Shown piece by piece: positions 9,466-22,310 of a stretch of 64,000 bases of DNA (its first letter is position 1; each line of letters starts with the position of its first letter). The stretch is from Candidatus Eiseniibacteriota bacterium. GTDB lineage: Bacteria > Eisenbacteria > RBG-16-71-46. Both the position numbers and the translations under genes were made by a program. The notes beneath the pieces are model-generated. The model was not told where the DNA came from. It was given only the letters and a program-made list of their open reading frames with translations, and searched no databases. The stretch spans positions 32,001 to 96,000 of the forward strand of contig JBBRLX010000002.1 in the NCBI GenBank assembly GCA_038231135.1. The letters are read 5' to 3'.

Positions 9466-10235
9466 TTGACGATCATTCGCTGGCAATTCCTCCATGCGCT
9501 GCTGGCTGCGGGCTGTGTCCTTGGGCTGGCGGCGCCCTGCCTGGCGCTTGCGACCCCGGGAACGGGACCTGCCGTCACGTTGGCCCGCCCAGCCCCGGGT
9601 ACCCCTGCGGTCCAGGTTTCGCCGGCGTTCGACGGCCGCGTTGTGGCCCTCCAGCCGTTCGGGGTCGTCGATGCCGCCCTGCTCCTCGCCACGGCCCGGG
9701 TGCTCCACCATGCCTGTCAGGTCGACGTCCAGTTGCTACCAGCCCGGGCGCTGCCCCGGCGCGCGTTCTACGCGGCGCGCCACCGCTACCGCGGCGACCG
9801 CCTGATCGACGACCTCGAGGCGCACACGCCGGCCACGTTCGCGAAGGTGCTCGGCATCACCGCCTCGGACCTGTCGGTGACGAACGGCCGCATCTTCGAT
9901 TGGGGTGTGCTCGGCGTGGCCGGACTCGCGGGCCGCGCGGCGGTGGTGTCCACGTGGCGGATGCGCCGCGGCGCGTCGCCGGACCTCGTGCGCCGGCGCC
10001 TGGAGCAGGTGGCGACCCACGAGCTGGGCCATACGTACGGCCTGCCGCACTGCGACACCCCGGGCTGCATCATGAACGACGCGAAGGGCACCATCCGGGT
10101 CGTCGACGGCTCGAGCGGCAGCTTCTGCCCGCGCTGCCGCCGCCGACTGGAGCTGGCGATGCGCAACGCCAGCGCGACACCCGGCAGCGTGGTCGCGCCG
10201 AAGCCCGTCCGGACTGACCCCGCAGCCGCTGGCCG

Positions 10236-10239
<4 letters not shown>
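9466..10239 (+). CDS. Archaemetzincin-family Zn metalloprotease (M54)
   Basis: [12 protein letters not shown]...CIM...FCPRC (HExxHxxGxxH plus Cys4). TTG start with GCGGAG RBS inferred. Confidence 0.85.
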
Positions 10240-12854
<2,615 letters not shown>

Positions 12855-12983
12855 GCGACGGTCACCTCCGTGGGGGCTCGAGACGCGAGATTAGCACACG
12901 GGAATCGCCCGATACCGTGCCGCCGGACGCGCTTCGGGGACGCCGTTTCGCCATTTCAGGGCCCGTCACGTTAGGATTATGGG

Positions 12984-13403
12984 ATGCACATTCCCCCGTT
13001 CAGCATCTTCTCCGCGATCAGCGAACTGCTGGTCACCGCCGGCGTGCTGTACGTGATCCTCCGCAACCGCTCCGCCCGGCGGTTCTCGTTCCCGATCTTC
13101 CTCACGGTCGTGCTGTTCGAGGGACTCGTGAACGTGCTGTACATGAGCCAGCGCGCGTCGCAGGCGTCGTCGGGCGCGGCGCCCATGGCGCCCGGGCTCC
13201 GGTTGTTCTTCGCGCTCCACGGCGTCGTCTCGCTGCTCGCGTTCATCGTGTTCGTGATCCTCGGCGTGTTCGCCCATCAGGATCAGAAACGCGGCGTGTA
13301 CTTCTTCCGCGACCGGCCCGGAGTCACCTGGACGTTCCTCGTGGTGTGGATCGTGAGCATCGTCTCGGGCGAGGCGATCTTCGCCGTCCGATACCTGCTG
13401 TGA
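12984..13403 (+). CDS. Four-TM membrane protein (DUF420-like)
   Basis: Four hydrophobic segments, 'FFALHGVVSL' motif. Confidence 0.65.
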   Translation: MHIPPFSIFSAISELLVTAGVLYVILRNRSARRFSFPIFLTVVLFEGLVNVLYMSQRASQASSGAAPMAPGLRLFFALHGVVSLLAFIVFVILGVFAHQDQKRGVYFFRDRPGVTWTFLVVWIVSIVSGEAIFAVRYLL

Positions 13404-13404
13404 C

Positions 13405-13860
13405 GTGACGCGGGGCACGCAGGGCTCGCCGCGCTCCCGGCGCCTGCGCGCGCCGCTGGTGCTCGCCCTGGGGGCGCTGCTGGCGTTCGAGGCGGCGGGC
13501 GGGGTCGTGCTGTTCTTCGCGCGCACCGCGTTCGGAACGTTTCCCGGCGTGAGCCCGCACGTGTGGGCGGGGTTCGCGCTGCTGGCCGCCTACGGGGTCT
13601 ATCAGTGGCAGCATCTGGCGCGCGTGCTGCCGCTGCGGCGGCGGCTCGACTACGCGCTCGGCCTGCTCGCCGCGGCGTGGTTCCTGCTGACGCTCACGAC
13701 CGGAGTCGTGCTCACGCTGCCCTGGTGGCGGGCGCGCGGCAGCGGCGGCACGGCGCCCTATCCCGAGACCGCGATGGCGCTCCACATCATCGGCTGCATG
13801 CTGGTGCTGACGTTCCTGGGCGCCCACCTGGGCGCGGTCCTGCAGCGCGATCGCAGGTGA
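13405..13860 (+). CDS. Four-TM membrane protein with four intramembrane His (possible heme-b binding)
   Basis: HVWAG, WQHL, LHIIG, GAHL in or near TM helices. 1-bp gap after the upstream gene. Confidence 0.6.
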   Translation: MTRGTQGSPRSRRLRAPLVLALGALLAFEAAGGVVLFFARTAFGTFPGVSPHVWAGFALLAAYGVYQWQHLARVLPLRRRLDYALGLLAAAWFLLTLTTGVVLTLPWWRARGSGGTAPYPETAMALHIIGCMLVLTFLGAHLGAVLQRDRR

Positions 13861-13896
13861 TGGCGCTGCCCGGTCCGGCTGCCGCGTAAGGCGGGT

Positions 13897-15360
13897 CTAC
13901 GCCGCCCGCTCGATGTAGGGCATGAGCGACGGCAGCACACGGCGTCCGAGCGCGGGGAACGGCATCACCGCCGCCACCACCGCGTTGAGGTGGTCCCACG
14001 TGACCTCGCCGCTCTCGATCGTCAGCGACAGCTCGAGCAGCATGCGGTAGATGCGCTCGCGGTGCGCGGCGGGCACGTCGAGCGTGTCGATCTCGGTGGC
14101 GATGCCGGCGATCTCGGACGCCGCCGTGACATCGACCATCGCGTCCCGCTCGTGCGGGGACGTTTCGGCCGGGGCGAAATCCTGCTCCGGGTCGTCGCGT
14201 CCCGCGGACTTCGCGGCCAGGTCGGCCTCGCGATCCAGCAACTCGTCGGCCTCGCCCTGGTACTTCGAGAACTCGGCGGCAAACTCGGCCACCGGATTCG
14301 TCCGGTTCTCCCGATCGGCGGCGGCGGCGGGTGCCTCGACCGGGGGCAGGCGATGCTCGGTCTCGTACTCCGAGCCGATCACATCGAACGAGGGCGTGCG
14401 GCCGGCGGCATCGATCTCGGCACCGATCGTCGCCAGGGGATTCGACCACTCCGGGGTCTGTCGGCCGGAGGGCATGATCACCTCGACTTCCAGTTCCGGC
14501 GCATCGGGCAGATTCACAGGTGGTGCCGGCGGCGCCGCGGGGACCGGTGACTCGTCCGCGGCGTAAGACGCCGACGGCCGCTGACTCACGTGGAGCTCAT
14601 CGGGCTCGACGCCGCGCTCAACCCGGAACGAATCATCTCCTCCCTGCTGGGGCGGGCTCGAGGGTGCGGCCTCCAGCCCGGACGAGTCGACCACCGGAAC
14701 GCCGGGATCTTCGACCGGCGCGGTGAGATTCCCCAGGCCCAGCATGTCCTTCAGACGCGGACGGATCGGTTTCTTCACGGGCTTTGCGGGTTTGGCGTTC
14801 TTGCTCTTCTTCTGGACGCCCCGCGCCTTCTCGGCGGGTGCCGGCGCAGGCGCGGGCGGAGTGGCGTGACTTCCGGGAGTGGCGCTCGCGGGGGTCGCGG
14901 CGTCGCCGCCGGGCAGATCGATGGTGCGCACGCCCGCGGCCGGAGCGACCCACGACGATCCGTCGTCAGACGTGCCATCGAGGGTCAGCGTCGGCGAGCC
15001 GTCCATCGGCAGCTCCGATGCGGGACTCAGCGCTTCGGATTCCTCGAGCACGATCCCGATCTGCTCGATCTCGGTCACCCACGAGCGCAGCAATTGCGCC
15101 GCCTCGGCGCAGCCGCGCTCGAACGCCTCGCGGGACTGCCGTACGTCGGCGAGCGTGGAGGGCGGGCTGAACGGCACGCGCCGGAACCGGCGCGACTTGG
15201 AGGTGACGCCCGGCCAGATCCGCTGAATGCAGGTGAGCGCGTTCTGGCGCCACTGTTTGAATTGCGGATCGCGGGGGCTCGCGTTGCGAAACTGACCGAG
15301 CTCGCCGATCTGCTCTTCGAGCCAGCCGCATGCGGTCGCGGGGGTGACGTGCGACTTCAT
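13897..15360 (-). CDS. Hypothetical protein: helical N- and C-terminal domains joined by a long disordered Pro/Ala/acidic linker
   Basis: Long ORF with GC3-biased codons. Start MKSHV with GGGAG RBS. Confidence 0.7.
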   Translation of the reverse strand: MKSHVTPATACGWLEEQIGELGQFRNASPRDPQFKQWRQNALTCIQRIWPGVTSKSRRFRRVPFSPPSTLADVRQSREAFERGCAEAAQLLRSWVTEIEQIGIVLEESEALSPASELPMDGSPTLTLDGTSDDGSSWVAPAAGVRTIDLPGGDAATPASATPGSHATPPAPAPAPAEKARGVQKKSKNAKPAKPVKKPIRPRLKDMLGLGNLTAPVEDPGVPVVDSSGLEAAPSSPPQQGGDDSFRVERGVEPDELHVSQRPSASYAADESPVPAAPPAPPVNLPDAPELEVEVIMPSGRQTPEWSNPLATIGAEIDAAGRTPSFDVIGSEYETEHRLPPVEAPAAAADRENRTNPVAEFAAEFSKYQGEADELLDREADLAAKSAGRDDPEQDFAPAETSPHERDAMVDVTAASEIAGIATEIDTLDVPAAHRERIYRMLLELSLTIESGEVTWDHLNAVVAAVMPFPALGRRVLPSLMPYIERAA

Positions 15361-15603
15361 CGCGACGCTCCCGGCTTTGCCGCGGCCCGGCGTGGCGCGG
15401 CCGCAGCGGTTCGCGGCCTGCGGGTCGCCCGGGACCGCCGGGCTCCGCGGGAGGCACGCGGGACGCCGATGACGATCAGCGGCAGGCGGGTTTCCCGATA
15501 GCTCCAGAACCACTGCGCGCGTCGCGGGGGCTTTGCGGCATCGGCCGGCGCGGGCCACAGCCGCAGCGCGCCGCCGCCGCACAGCACACAGGTCGAGACC
15601 GGC

Positions 15604-16212
15604 TCACCACTCCGAGAAGCGCTCTTCCTTCCACGGATCGGCGTCGTTGTGATAACCGTTCTGCTCCCAGAAACCGGGATGATCGCGATCCACCAGTTCG
15701 ATGGCCCGGATCCACTTCGCGCTTTTCCAGAAGTAGCGGCGCGGTACGACAAGCCGGAGCGGCCACCCGTGTTCGGGCGTGAGCGCGACCCCATCGTGTC
15801 GGTCGGCAAGGAGCACATCGTCTTGCAGCAGCTCCGATCGTGGCAGATTCGTCGTGTAGTTCGGCTCCGCGTGGAGGATCACGAACTTCGCTTCCGGCCG
15901 GACCTGAACGTGGCGGAACAATTCCATGACCGCCACGCCTTCCCACACGTTGTCGTAGCGGCTCCAGCGCGTGACGCAGTGAATGTCGCTGCGCAACTGG
16001 GTGCGCGGAAGCTGCTGAAACTCCTCCCAGCTCCACCGGGCCGGCGTTTCCACCAGCCCGAAGATCCTGAGATCCCATGTCGCCAGATCCACCTTCGGAA
16101 CGGACCCGTAGTGCAGCACGGGCCATTTCTCGGTCAGGATCTGGCCGGGCGGAAGCCGTGGCTCCTGCCGCGGGCTTTCGGGTATATCGGCAGGTTCGCG
16201 TGCGGATTTCAT
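15604..16212 (-). CDS. Sulfite-oxidase-like molybdopterin oxidoreductase (YuiH-like)
   Basis: 'RLPPGQ....WPVLH','DIHCVTRWS','EHGWPLRLVVP..YFWKSAKW','GFWE.NGYH..ADPW.EER'. RBS GGAGG. Confidence 0.9.
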   Translation of the reverse strand: MKSAREPADIPESPRQEPRLPPGQILTEKWPVLHYGSVPKVDLATWDLRIFGLVETPARWSWEEFQQLPRTQLRSDIHCVTRWSRYDNVWEGVAVMELFRHVQVRPEAKFVILHAEPNYTTNLPRSELLQDDVLLADRHDGVALTPEHGWPLRLVVPRRYFWKSAKWIRAIELVDRDHPGFWEQNGYHNDADPWKEERFSEW

Positions 16213-16435
16213 GGTGATTTCCTCCGGGTCCTGGACGCCGCTTAGTCCATCCTGGGTCCGAGCCGGCGTTCGGGAGCGAGTTACAACTTCGCAATCTAAC
16301 GCAAACCCCCGGGCTCGCGGAAAATCGCGGACGCGTGCACGGAATCCTCGCATTGTGCGGCGCGTGTCTGTAACCTTGCGCCACTTGCTCCGCCGCCGAG
16401 CCACAGGACCCCCGCGACCGTGTCTGCCCTGGAGG

Positions 16436-18496
16436 ATGAACGCGTTGAAAGAGATCCGCGCCTGGACCACGAAGGATTCATCCTCGCTGTACAACGTCGC
16501 GGGGTGGTCCAGCGGTTACTTCCGCATCAACAGCGCCGGGCACGTCGAAGTGACTCCGTCGGGACCCGGTGGCCCGAGCGTGGATCTGCACGACCTGGTG
16601 CTCGACCTGCAGCGCCGGGGCCTCGGCCTGCCGCTGCTCATGCGGTTCCCGGACATCCTCGACAGCCGGATCAAGGCGCTGTTTGGCAGCTTCGACAACG
16701 CCATCAAGGAATACGGCTTCCGCGGCCGGTACCGGGGCGTCTACCCGATCAAGGTGAATCAGCAGCACCAGGTGGTCGAGGAGCTGGTGCGCTTCGGGGC
16801 GCCGTTCGGCCTCGGGCTCGAAGCCGGCTCCAAGCCCGAGCTGCTGGCCGGTCTCGTGCTGCTCGACAGCCCGGACGCGCTGATGATCCTGAACGGCTAC
16901 AAGGACGCCGAGTACATGGAGACGGCACTGCTGGCGCAGAAGCTGGGGCGCTATCCGATCGTCGTGATCGATCGCTATCGCGAGCTGGACCTGCTGCTCC
17001 AGGTGTCGCGCCGGCTCGGCATCCGGCCGCACATCGGCGTGCGCGCCAAGCTCACCACCAAAGGCGCCGGCAAGTGGATGGAGTCGACCGGCGACCGCTC
17101 GAAGTTCGGCCTGACGGCGACCGAGATCGTGCAGCTCATGGACAAGCTGCGCGAAGCGGACATGCTCGACTGCCTCGAGCTGCTGCACTTCCACATCGGC
17201 TCCCAGATCTCGTCGGTGCGGGCGATCAAGGACGCGATGCGCGAGGCCTGCCGCATCTACGTCGAGCTGGCCCGGTCCGGCGCGGGACTCAAGTTCATCG
17301 ACGCCGGCGGCGGGCTGGGGGTCGACTACGACGGCTCGTCCACCAACTGGTCGTCGTCGACGAACTACACGCTGCAGGAATACGCCAACGACATCGTGGG
17401 CCCGATCCAGGAGGCGTGCGAGGCCGCGGGACTCGAACACCCCGACATCGTCACCGAGTCGGGCCGCGCGCTGGTCGCGCACCACTCGGTGCTGGTGTTC
17501 AACATCCTCGACGTGAACGAAGTGCTGTCCGGCCACTCGGCGCCGGCCGTCGACGCCGGGGACCCGCCCGTGATCCAGCAGCTCATCGAGACCTGGCGCT
17601 CGGTGTCGCGCAAGAATTTCCAGGAGGCGTACCACGACGCGCTGCAGCTCAAGGAGGAGGCGACGAACCTGTTCAACGTCGGCCTGCTCGACCTGCGCGG
17701 TCGCGCCCGGGTGGAACAGCTGTTCTGGGGCTGCTGCGAGGCGATCCTCAAGATCATCCGCGAGCTCGACTACGTGCCCGACGATCTCGAAGGCCTCGAG
17801 AAGGGCCTCGCCGACACCTACTACGGCAACTTCTCGGTGTTCCAGTCGGCGCCCGACCATTGGGCGGTCAAGCAGTTGTTCCCGACGATGCCGCTCCACC
17901 GGCTCACCGAGCGCCCGTCGCGCCGCGGCATCATCGCCGACCTGACGTGCGATTCCGACGGCAAGATGGACCAGTTCATCGACCTGCGCGACGTGAAGAA
18001 CTCGCTCGAGCTGCACCCGTTCGACGGTACTCCGTACTTCCTCGGCGTGTTCCTCGTCGGCGCGTACCAGGAGATCCTGGGCGACCTGCACAACCTGTTC
18101 GGCGACACCAACGCCGTGCACATCGCACTCGACGACCAGGGCTATCGCATCGATCACGTCGTCGAGGGCGATTCGGTCACGGAGGTGCTCGGCTACGTCC
18201 AGTACGCCAAGCAATACCTGATGCAGCGGGTGCGCCAGGCCAACGAAGACGCGTTGCGCCGCGGGCTGCTCACGTTCGAGGAGTCGGCGCTGCTGATGCG
18301 CCGCTACGAAGACGGCCTCGCGGGCTACACGTATCTCGAGGAAGAGGAGCCGCGGATCGCGAACGGCGCCCACGGGCTCGAGAAGATGGAGGTGCGGACG
18401 GTGACTCCGGCGCCGGTCACTCCTGCTCCGCCCCCCGCAACCGTCACTCCCGCGCCACTGCCGCCCGCACCGGCGCCGGCGGGCAAGGGCCGGTAG
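16436..18496 (+). CDS. speA: Biosynthetic arginine decarboxylase
   Basis: 'GVYPIKVNQ' (PLP Lys), 'GLEAGSKPEL','LHFHIGSQI','GGGLGVDYDG','TCDSDG','GAYQEILGDLHNLFG'. Confidence 0.95.
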   Translation: MNALKEIRAWTTKDSSSLYNVAGWSSGYFRINSAGHVEVTPSGPGGPSVDLHDLVLDLQRRGLGLPLLMRFPDILDSRIKALFGSFDNAIKEYGFRGRYRGVYPIKVNQQHQVVEELVRFGAPFGLGLEAGSKPELLAGLVLLDSPDALMILNGYKDAEYMETALLAQKLGRYPIVVIDRYRELDLLLQVSRRLGIRPHIGVRAKLTTKGAGKWMESTGDRSKFGLTATEIVQLMDKLREADMLDCLELLHFHIGSQISSVRAIKDAMREACRIYVELARSGAGLKFIDAGGGLGVDYDGSSTNWSSSTNYTLQEYANDIVGPIQEACEAAGLEHPDIVTESGRALVAHHSVLVFNILDVNEVLSGHSAPAVDAGDPPVIQQLIETWRSVSRKNFQEAYHDALQLKEEATNLFNVGLLDLRGRARVEQLFWGCCEAILKIIRELDYVPDDLEGLEKGLADTYYGNFSVFQSAPDHWAVKQLFPTMPLHRLTERPSRRGIIADLTCDSDGKMDQFIDLRDVKNSLELHPFDGTPYFLGVFLVGAYQEILGDLHNLFGDTNAVHIALDDQGYRIDHVVEGDSVTEVLGYVQYAKQYLMQRVRQANEDALRRGLLTFEESALLMRRYEDGLAGYTYLEEEEPRIANGAHGLEKMEVRTVTPAPVTPAPPPATVTPAPLPPAPAPAGKGR

Positions 18497-18550
18497 GCGG
18501 GTTCGTAATTCGGCGGCGCGGCCCGGCCTCGGGCGCGCTGCCAACGGTCG

Positions 18551-20629
18551 CTACGGCAGCAACGCGATCCGCTGCGTCCGCCGCTCGCCGCCCGCCGCGA
18601 TGCGCGCGAGATAGATTCCCGCCTGGACCCTGCGGCCCGCATCGTTGCGGGCATCCCAGGCGATCGAGTTCCAGCCACCGGCGAGCCGGGAGCGGTCGAT
18701 CCGGCGCACCCGGGCACCGGTGACGTCGTAGAGCTCGATCGACACGGCGCCCGGCCGCGGCAGCCACAGCGAGAACGTCGCCGCGTCGCGGGCCGGATTG
18801 GGATGCGGCGGCGCCAGCCGCAGGCTGCCCACCGCGTTCGGCCCGACCCCCACCTCGCCGGCGGCGGCGGTGCACAGGATCCACTCGTCGGGATCCAGCG
18901 CCACCGAGGTCGGTGGCGAAGGAACGTGGAGCGTGAAGTCCTGCGCGGCGAGCGAGTCTTGAAGCACGAACGCGTACGCCGAGCTCTGCCCGTGAACCAC
19001 CACGTCGATCGGCATCGTGAACGTCTGCGCCGACTGCAGCTGATCCACGTGCAGCGCGAGATCGTACCCACCGCCCGCCGGCTGGACCGTGTACAGGCAG
19101 CGATAGTTCGGGGCGTACTCGCCGTAGATCCATTCCTGGAAGAACTTGTGGAGGTCGCGGCCGGACACCGATTCGCACGCCGCCTCGAAGTCCTCGGTGG
19201 TCGCGTTGCCGAAGGCGTGGCGGCTGCGGTACTCGCGAAGTGACGCGTAGAACGCGCTGTCCCCCACCACGTGGCGGAGCATGCTGAGCACCCAGGCGCC
19301 TTTGGTATACGACAGGTCGTAGTCGAAGATCCGGCCCGAGCTGGTGTCGGCCGGCACGTACACCGTGCCCGCCCCGAGGTAGCGGCGCGAATGGAGATAG
19401 TTGTGATAGGCGGTGGGGCCGCCCGTGATCTCGGCCCACATCGCCTCGCAGTAGGTCGCGAACCCCTCGTTGAGCCAGATGTGGTGGAAGCTCTGGCAGG
19501 TGACGAGGTCCCCCCACCACGAGTGCCCCAGCTCGTGCGCCGTCAGGTATTCGGCGAACGCCCCCACGCTCGTGCAGGTCTGGTTCTCCATTCCGCCGCC
19601 ACGCGGTGTCTCGGCCTCACCGTACTTCTCGTTAAGGAACGGGTATTCGCCGAATTTCACCGCATAGGCCGCGATGATGTTCTTGACCAGCGCGTTCGCG
19701 GGCGCCGACGCCACCGCCTCCTCGGGATAGGCGTAGAACTGGATCTCCATCGAGTCGGCCGGCGAGTAGCGGTACCAGTCGGAGTGCGCGGCGTAGGGGT
19801 AGCTCGCGATCGACACCAGGTAGGTGGCGATCGGGTAGCGCTCGTGCCACTGCGCCACCGCCACCACGCCGTTGTCCGTGGCGAGGACGCGCGTGCCGTT
19901 GGACGCGGTTATGTACCCGGTGGGCACGGTGAGGCGCACGTCGACGGAGTCGGCCTTGTCGTCGGGGTAGTCCTTGCACGGCCACCACTGCCGGGCCCCG
20001 AACGGCTCGCTCAGCGTCCATACCGCGATCCGGTTGTACCACGACATGAAGCCGAACACCGGTCCGAACGCTCCGCGCAGCGGCGTGCCGTGGTACATGA
20101 CCCGCACCACGATCGTCTGGCCCGTCGCGTAGGAATGGTCGAGCGTCACGGTGAGCAGGTCCGCCGCGTGCTGAAACGCCGCCGGCAGTCCGCCCGCGGT
20201 GACCGAGTCCACCACCATGTTGTCGTAGAAATCGAGATCCATCGTGGTGAGGGGTCCGCTCGAGACCGTGGCCCGGATCAGGACGCTGGCGGTGAGCACC
20301 TGGCTCGGAATGTCGGGGTGCAGATCGAGCGAGTAGTACCGCGCATCGTACGCCGCCTGATTCGGCGTCTCATCCACCCGCGCGCCGGACGTCATGGCGC
20401 CTGTGGAACTCTTGTAGAACGCGAGGTAGCGCGTGAGGTCGGTCTCGTCGACCACGCCCCCTGGCCATCCCGCGAGCGAGGGCGGCAGGTAGATGGGCCG
20501 GGCGGCCGCCGGCGCGGCCAGCCACAGGGAGCCCAGGACTCCCCCGATCAGCAGCGCGAGCCAGAGCCTGCGCCCGGCGGGCCCGGATACCTCACGAGAC
20601 CGCGATTTCAGCAGTTGCAGAGCCACCAT
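18551..20629 (-). CDS. Secreted M1-family aminopeptidase with C-terminal FlgD/T9SS-like sorting domain
   Basis: Signal peptide, GGMEN, HELGH-X18-E (NEGFATY), CTD 'PHPNP...IELYDVTGARVR...WDARNDAGRRVQAGIYL'. Confidence 0.92.
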   Translation of the reverse strand: MVALQLLKSRSREVSGPAGRRLWLALLIGGVLGSLWLAAPAAARPIYLPPSLAGWPGGVVDETDLTRYLAFYKSSTGAMTSGARVDETPNQAAYDARYYSLDLHPDIPSQVLTASVLIRATVSSGPLTTMDLDFYDNMVVDSVTAGGLPAAFQHAADLLTVTLDHSYATGQTIVVRVMYHGTPLRGAFGPVFGFMSWYNRIAVWTLSEPFGARQWWPCKDYPDDKADSVDVRLTVPTGYITASNGTRVLATDNGVVAVAQWHERYPIATYLVSIASYPYAAHSDWYRYSPADSMEIQFYAYPEEAVASAPANALVKNIIAAYAVKFGEYPFLNEKYGEAETPRGGGMENQTCTSVGAFAEYLTAHELGHSWWGDLVTCQSFHHIWLNEGFATYCEAMWAEITGGPTAYHNYLHSRRYLGAGTVYVPADTSSGRIFDYDLSYTKGAWVLSMLRHVVGDSAFYASLREYRSRHAFGNATTEDFEAACESVSGRDLHKFFQEWIYGEYAPNYRCLYTVQPAGGGYDLALHVDQLQSAQTFTMPIDVVVHGQSSAYAFVLQDSLAAQDFTLHVPSPPTSVALDPDEWILCTAAAGEVGVGPNAVGSLRLAPPHPNPARDAATFSLWLPRPGAVSIELYDVTGARVRRIDRSRLAGGWNSIAWDARNDAGRRVQAGIYLARIAAGGERRTQRIALLP

Positions 20630-20709
20630 GCATCAAGTGTAGGCCCTGGCGCCGCAAGCCGGCCAGCGGCATCTGGCCGGGGCCCTCCGCGCCATCGGAA
20701 CCCGGGGTT

Positions 20710-21579
20710 TCACCGCGACTTCAGGCTCCCCGCCGCCAGGGTGACGAAGAACAGCGCGCTCAACGTGAGCACGACGGCACCGCCGGTCGGAACGTTCCAC
20801 AGGGTCGACAGCACGAGCCCGCCGATGCAGCTCGCGAGCGCGAGCGCGATGCTCCAGGCGATGTAGCCGCGCGTGCTGCGCGCGACGCTCCGGGCCGCGG
20901 CCGCGGGCACGACGACCAGCGCCTCGACCAGCAGCGCCCCGATGATCTTGAGGCTCACGACGATCGCCAGCGTCAGCAGCACGACGAACAGGTATTCGGT
21001 GTGGGTCGTGTCGGAACCGTTGGCGCCCGCGAGCGGCGGGCTCAGGCTGTCGAGCAGCAGCACGTTGTAGTGGCGCGCGAGCACGATCGCGACGCCGATG
21101 CCCACGACGAGCAGCAGCAGCAGGTCGCCGTCGGTCACGGTGAGCAGGCTGCCGAACATGACCGCCTCGATCTGGTGGATGTTGAATCGCCGGGTGGCCA
21201 CCACCAGCAGGCAGATGCCGAGACCCAGCGTCAGCGCCATGAACACGCCGATCAGCGTATCCGGCGGCAGCGTGGCCCGGCGCTTCACGTAGACCATGCC
21301 GACGGCGGACAGCAGACAGAACCCGAAGATCCCGGCGTAGGGGGAGTTGATCGGCTCACCGAGCAGCAGGCCGATCGTCAGGCCGGTCAGCGCGGCCTGT
21401 CCGATCGCGGTGCTGAAGAACGCCAGCCGCCGCGCCACGACCAGGTGGCTCATGCCGCCGAGCAGCGGCGCCACGATCAGCGCGGCGAGGAAGCCGCGCG
21501 CCATGAACGCGTAGGTGAACGCATCGGGAAGATGCGCGGCTCGCGCCAGTCCGGACAATGCCGCATAGAACGCGTTCAC
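20710..21579 (-). CDS. Metal ABC transporter permease (ZnuB/FpvE-like)
   Basis: Multi-TM, 'MFGSLLTV','KIIGALLVEALVVVPAAAAR','VPTGGAVV'. GTG start overlaps the ATPase stop. Confidence 0.9.
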   Translation of the reverse strand: MNAFYAALSGLARAAHLPDAFTYAFMARGFLAALIVAPLLGGMSHLVVARRLAFFSTAIGQAALTGLTIGLLLGEPINSPYAGIFGFCLLSAVGMVYVKRRATLPPDTLIGVFMALTLGLGICLLVVATRRFNIHQIEAVMFGSLLTVTDGDLLLLLVVGIGVAIVLARHYNVLLLDSLSPPLAGANGSDTTHTEYLFVVLLTLAIVVSLKIIGALLVEALVVVPAAAARSVARSTRGYIAWSIALALASCIGGLVLSTLWNVPTGGAVVLTLSALFFVTLAAGSLKSR

Positions 21580-22310
21580 GGCAGCTCCATCCCCGCCTGC
21601 AGCAGCCCGGCGGCCGGCTCGGCGCCGAACACCTCCGCGACGCTCCCGGTGCGGCGCACCGTGCGGTCGAGCACCGTCACCTGATCCGCGAGCCGCCGCA
21701 CCTGCGCCGGGTCGTGGGACACGATCAGGATCGTCGTACCGTGGCGGGCGCGCAGCTCCAGCAGCGTCGCGTCGAGCGCGGTCACCGCGGCCGGGTCCAT
21801 GCCGCTCGCCGGCTCGTCCGCCAGCAGCAGCTCGGGTGGCGGATCGATGGCGTTCGCCACCAGCAGCCGGCGCAGCTCCCCGCCCGACAGCACCCCGATG
21901 CGCCGCGACCCCATGCCGCCGAGCCCGACCCGGCCGAGCAGCGTGTCCACGACCTGTCGCGTGTGCGTTCGCAGACCCAGGCACACGGGGGCACGCTGGC
22001 GCTGGAACGCGAGGAACTCCGCGACTGTCACCGGCAGCGTCCGGTCGGCGAGGAAGCTCTGGGGCACGTAGCCGATGCGGCCGTCGCCGCTCCAGTTCAT
22101 GCGGATCGAGCCGCGGAACGCCTGCTGGCCGAGGAGTGCCGCGATCAGCGTGCTCTTGCCGGCGCCGTTGGGCCCGACGACGACGTGAATCGATCCGGCC
22201 GCCACGGCTATCGAGACGTCGTCGAGCAGGACGGTTTCGCCGGCACGGACGCCGAGGCCCGAGACCTCGACGAGCGGCGGGGCGAGGCTGCCGGACCCGG
22301 GGTCGCTCAC
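21576..22310 (-). CDS. Metal ABC transporter ATP-binding protein (FpvD-like)
   Basis: GPNGAGKS, IGYVPQ, LSGGE, DEPASGMD, SHD. Confidence 0.92.
   Translation of the reverse strand: MSDPGSGSLAPPLVEVSGLGVRAGETVLLDDVSIAVAAGSIHVVVGPNGAGKSTLIAALLGQQAFRGSIRMNWSGDGRIGYVPQSFLADRTLPVTVAEFLAFQRQRAPVCLGLRTHTRQVVDTLLGRVGLGGMGSRRIGVLSGGELRRLLVANAIDPPPELLLADEPASGMDPAAVTALDATLLELRARHGTTILIVSHDPAQVRRLADQVTVLDRTVRRTGSVAEVFGAEPAAGLLQAGMELP

Noticed and set aside
12891..12917. TTAGCAC upstream of clpB resembling a CIRCE (HrcA) element
   Set aside because: Only one half-site is present, with no matching arm at 9-nt spacing. It is better explained as the extended -10 TGcTAATCT on the minus strand.
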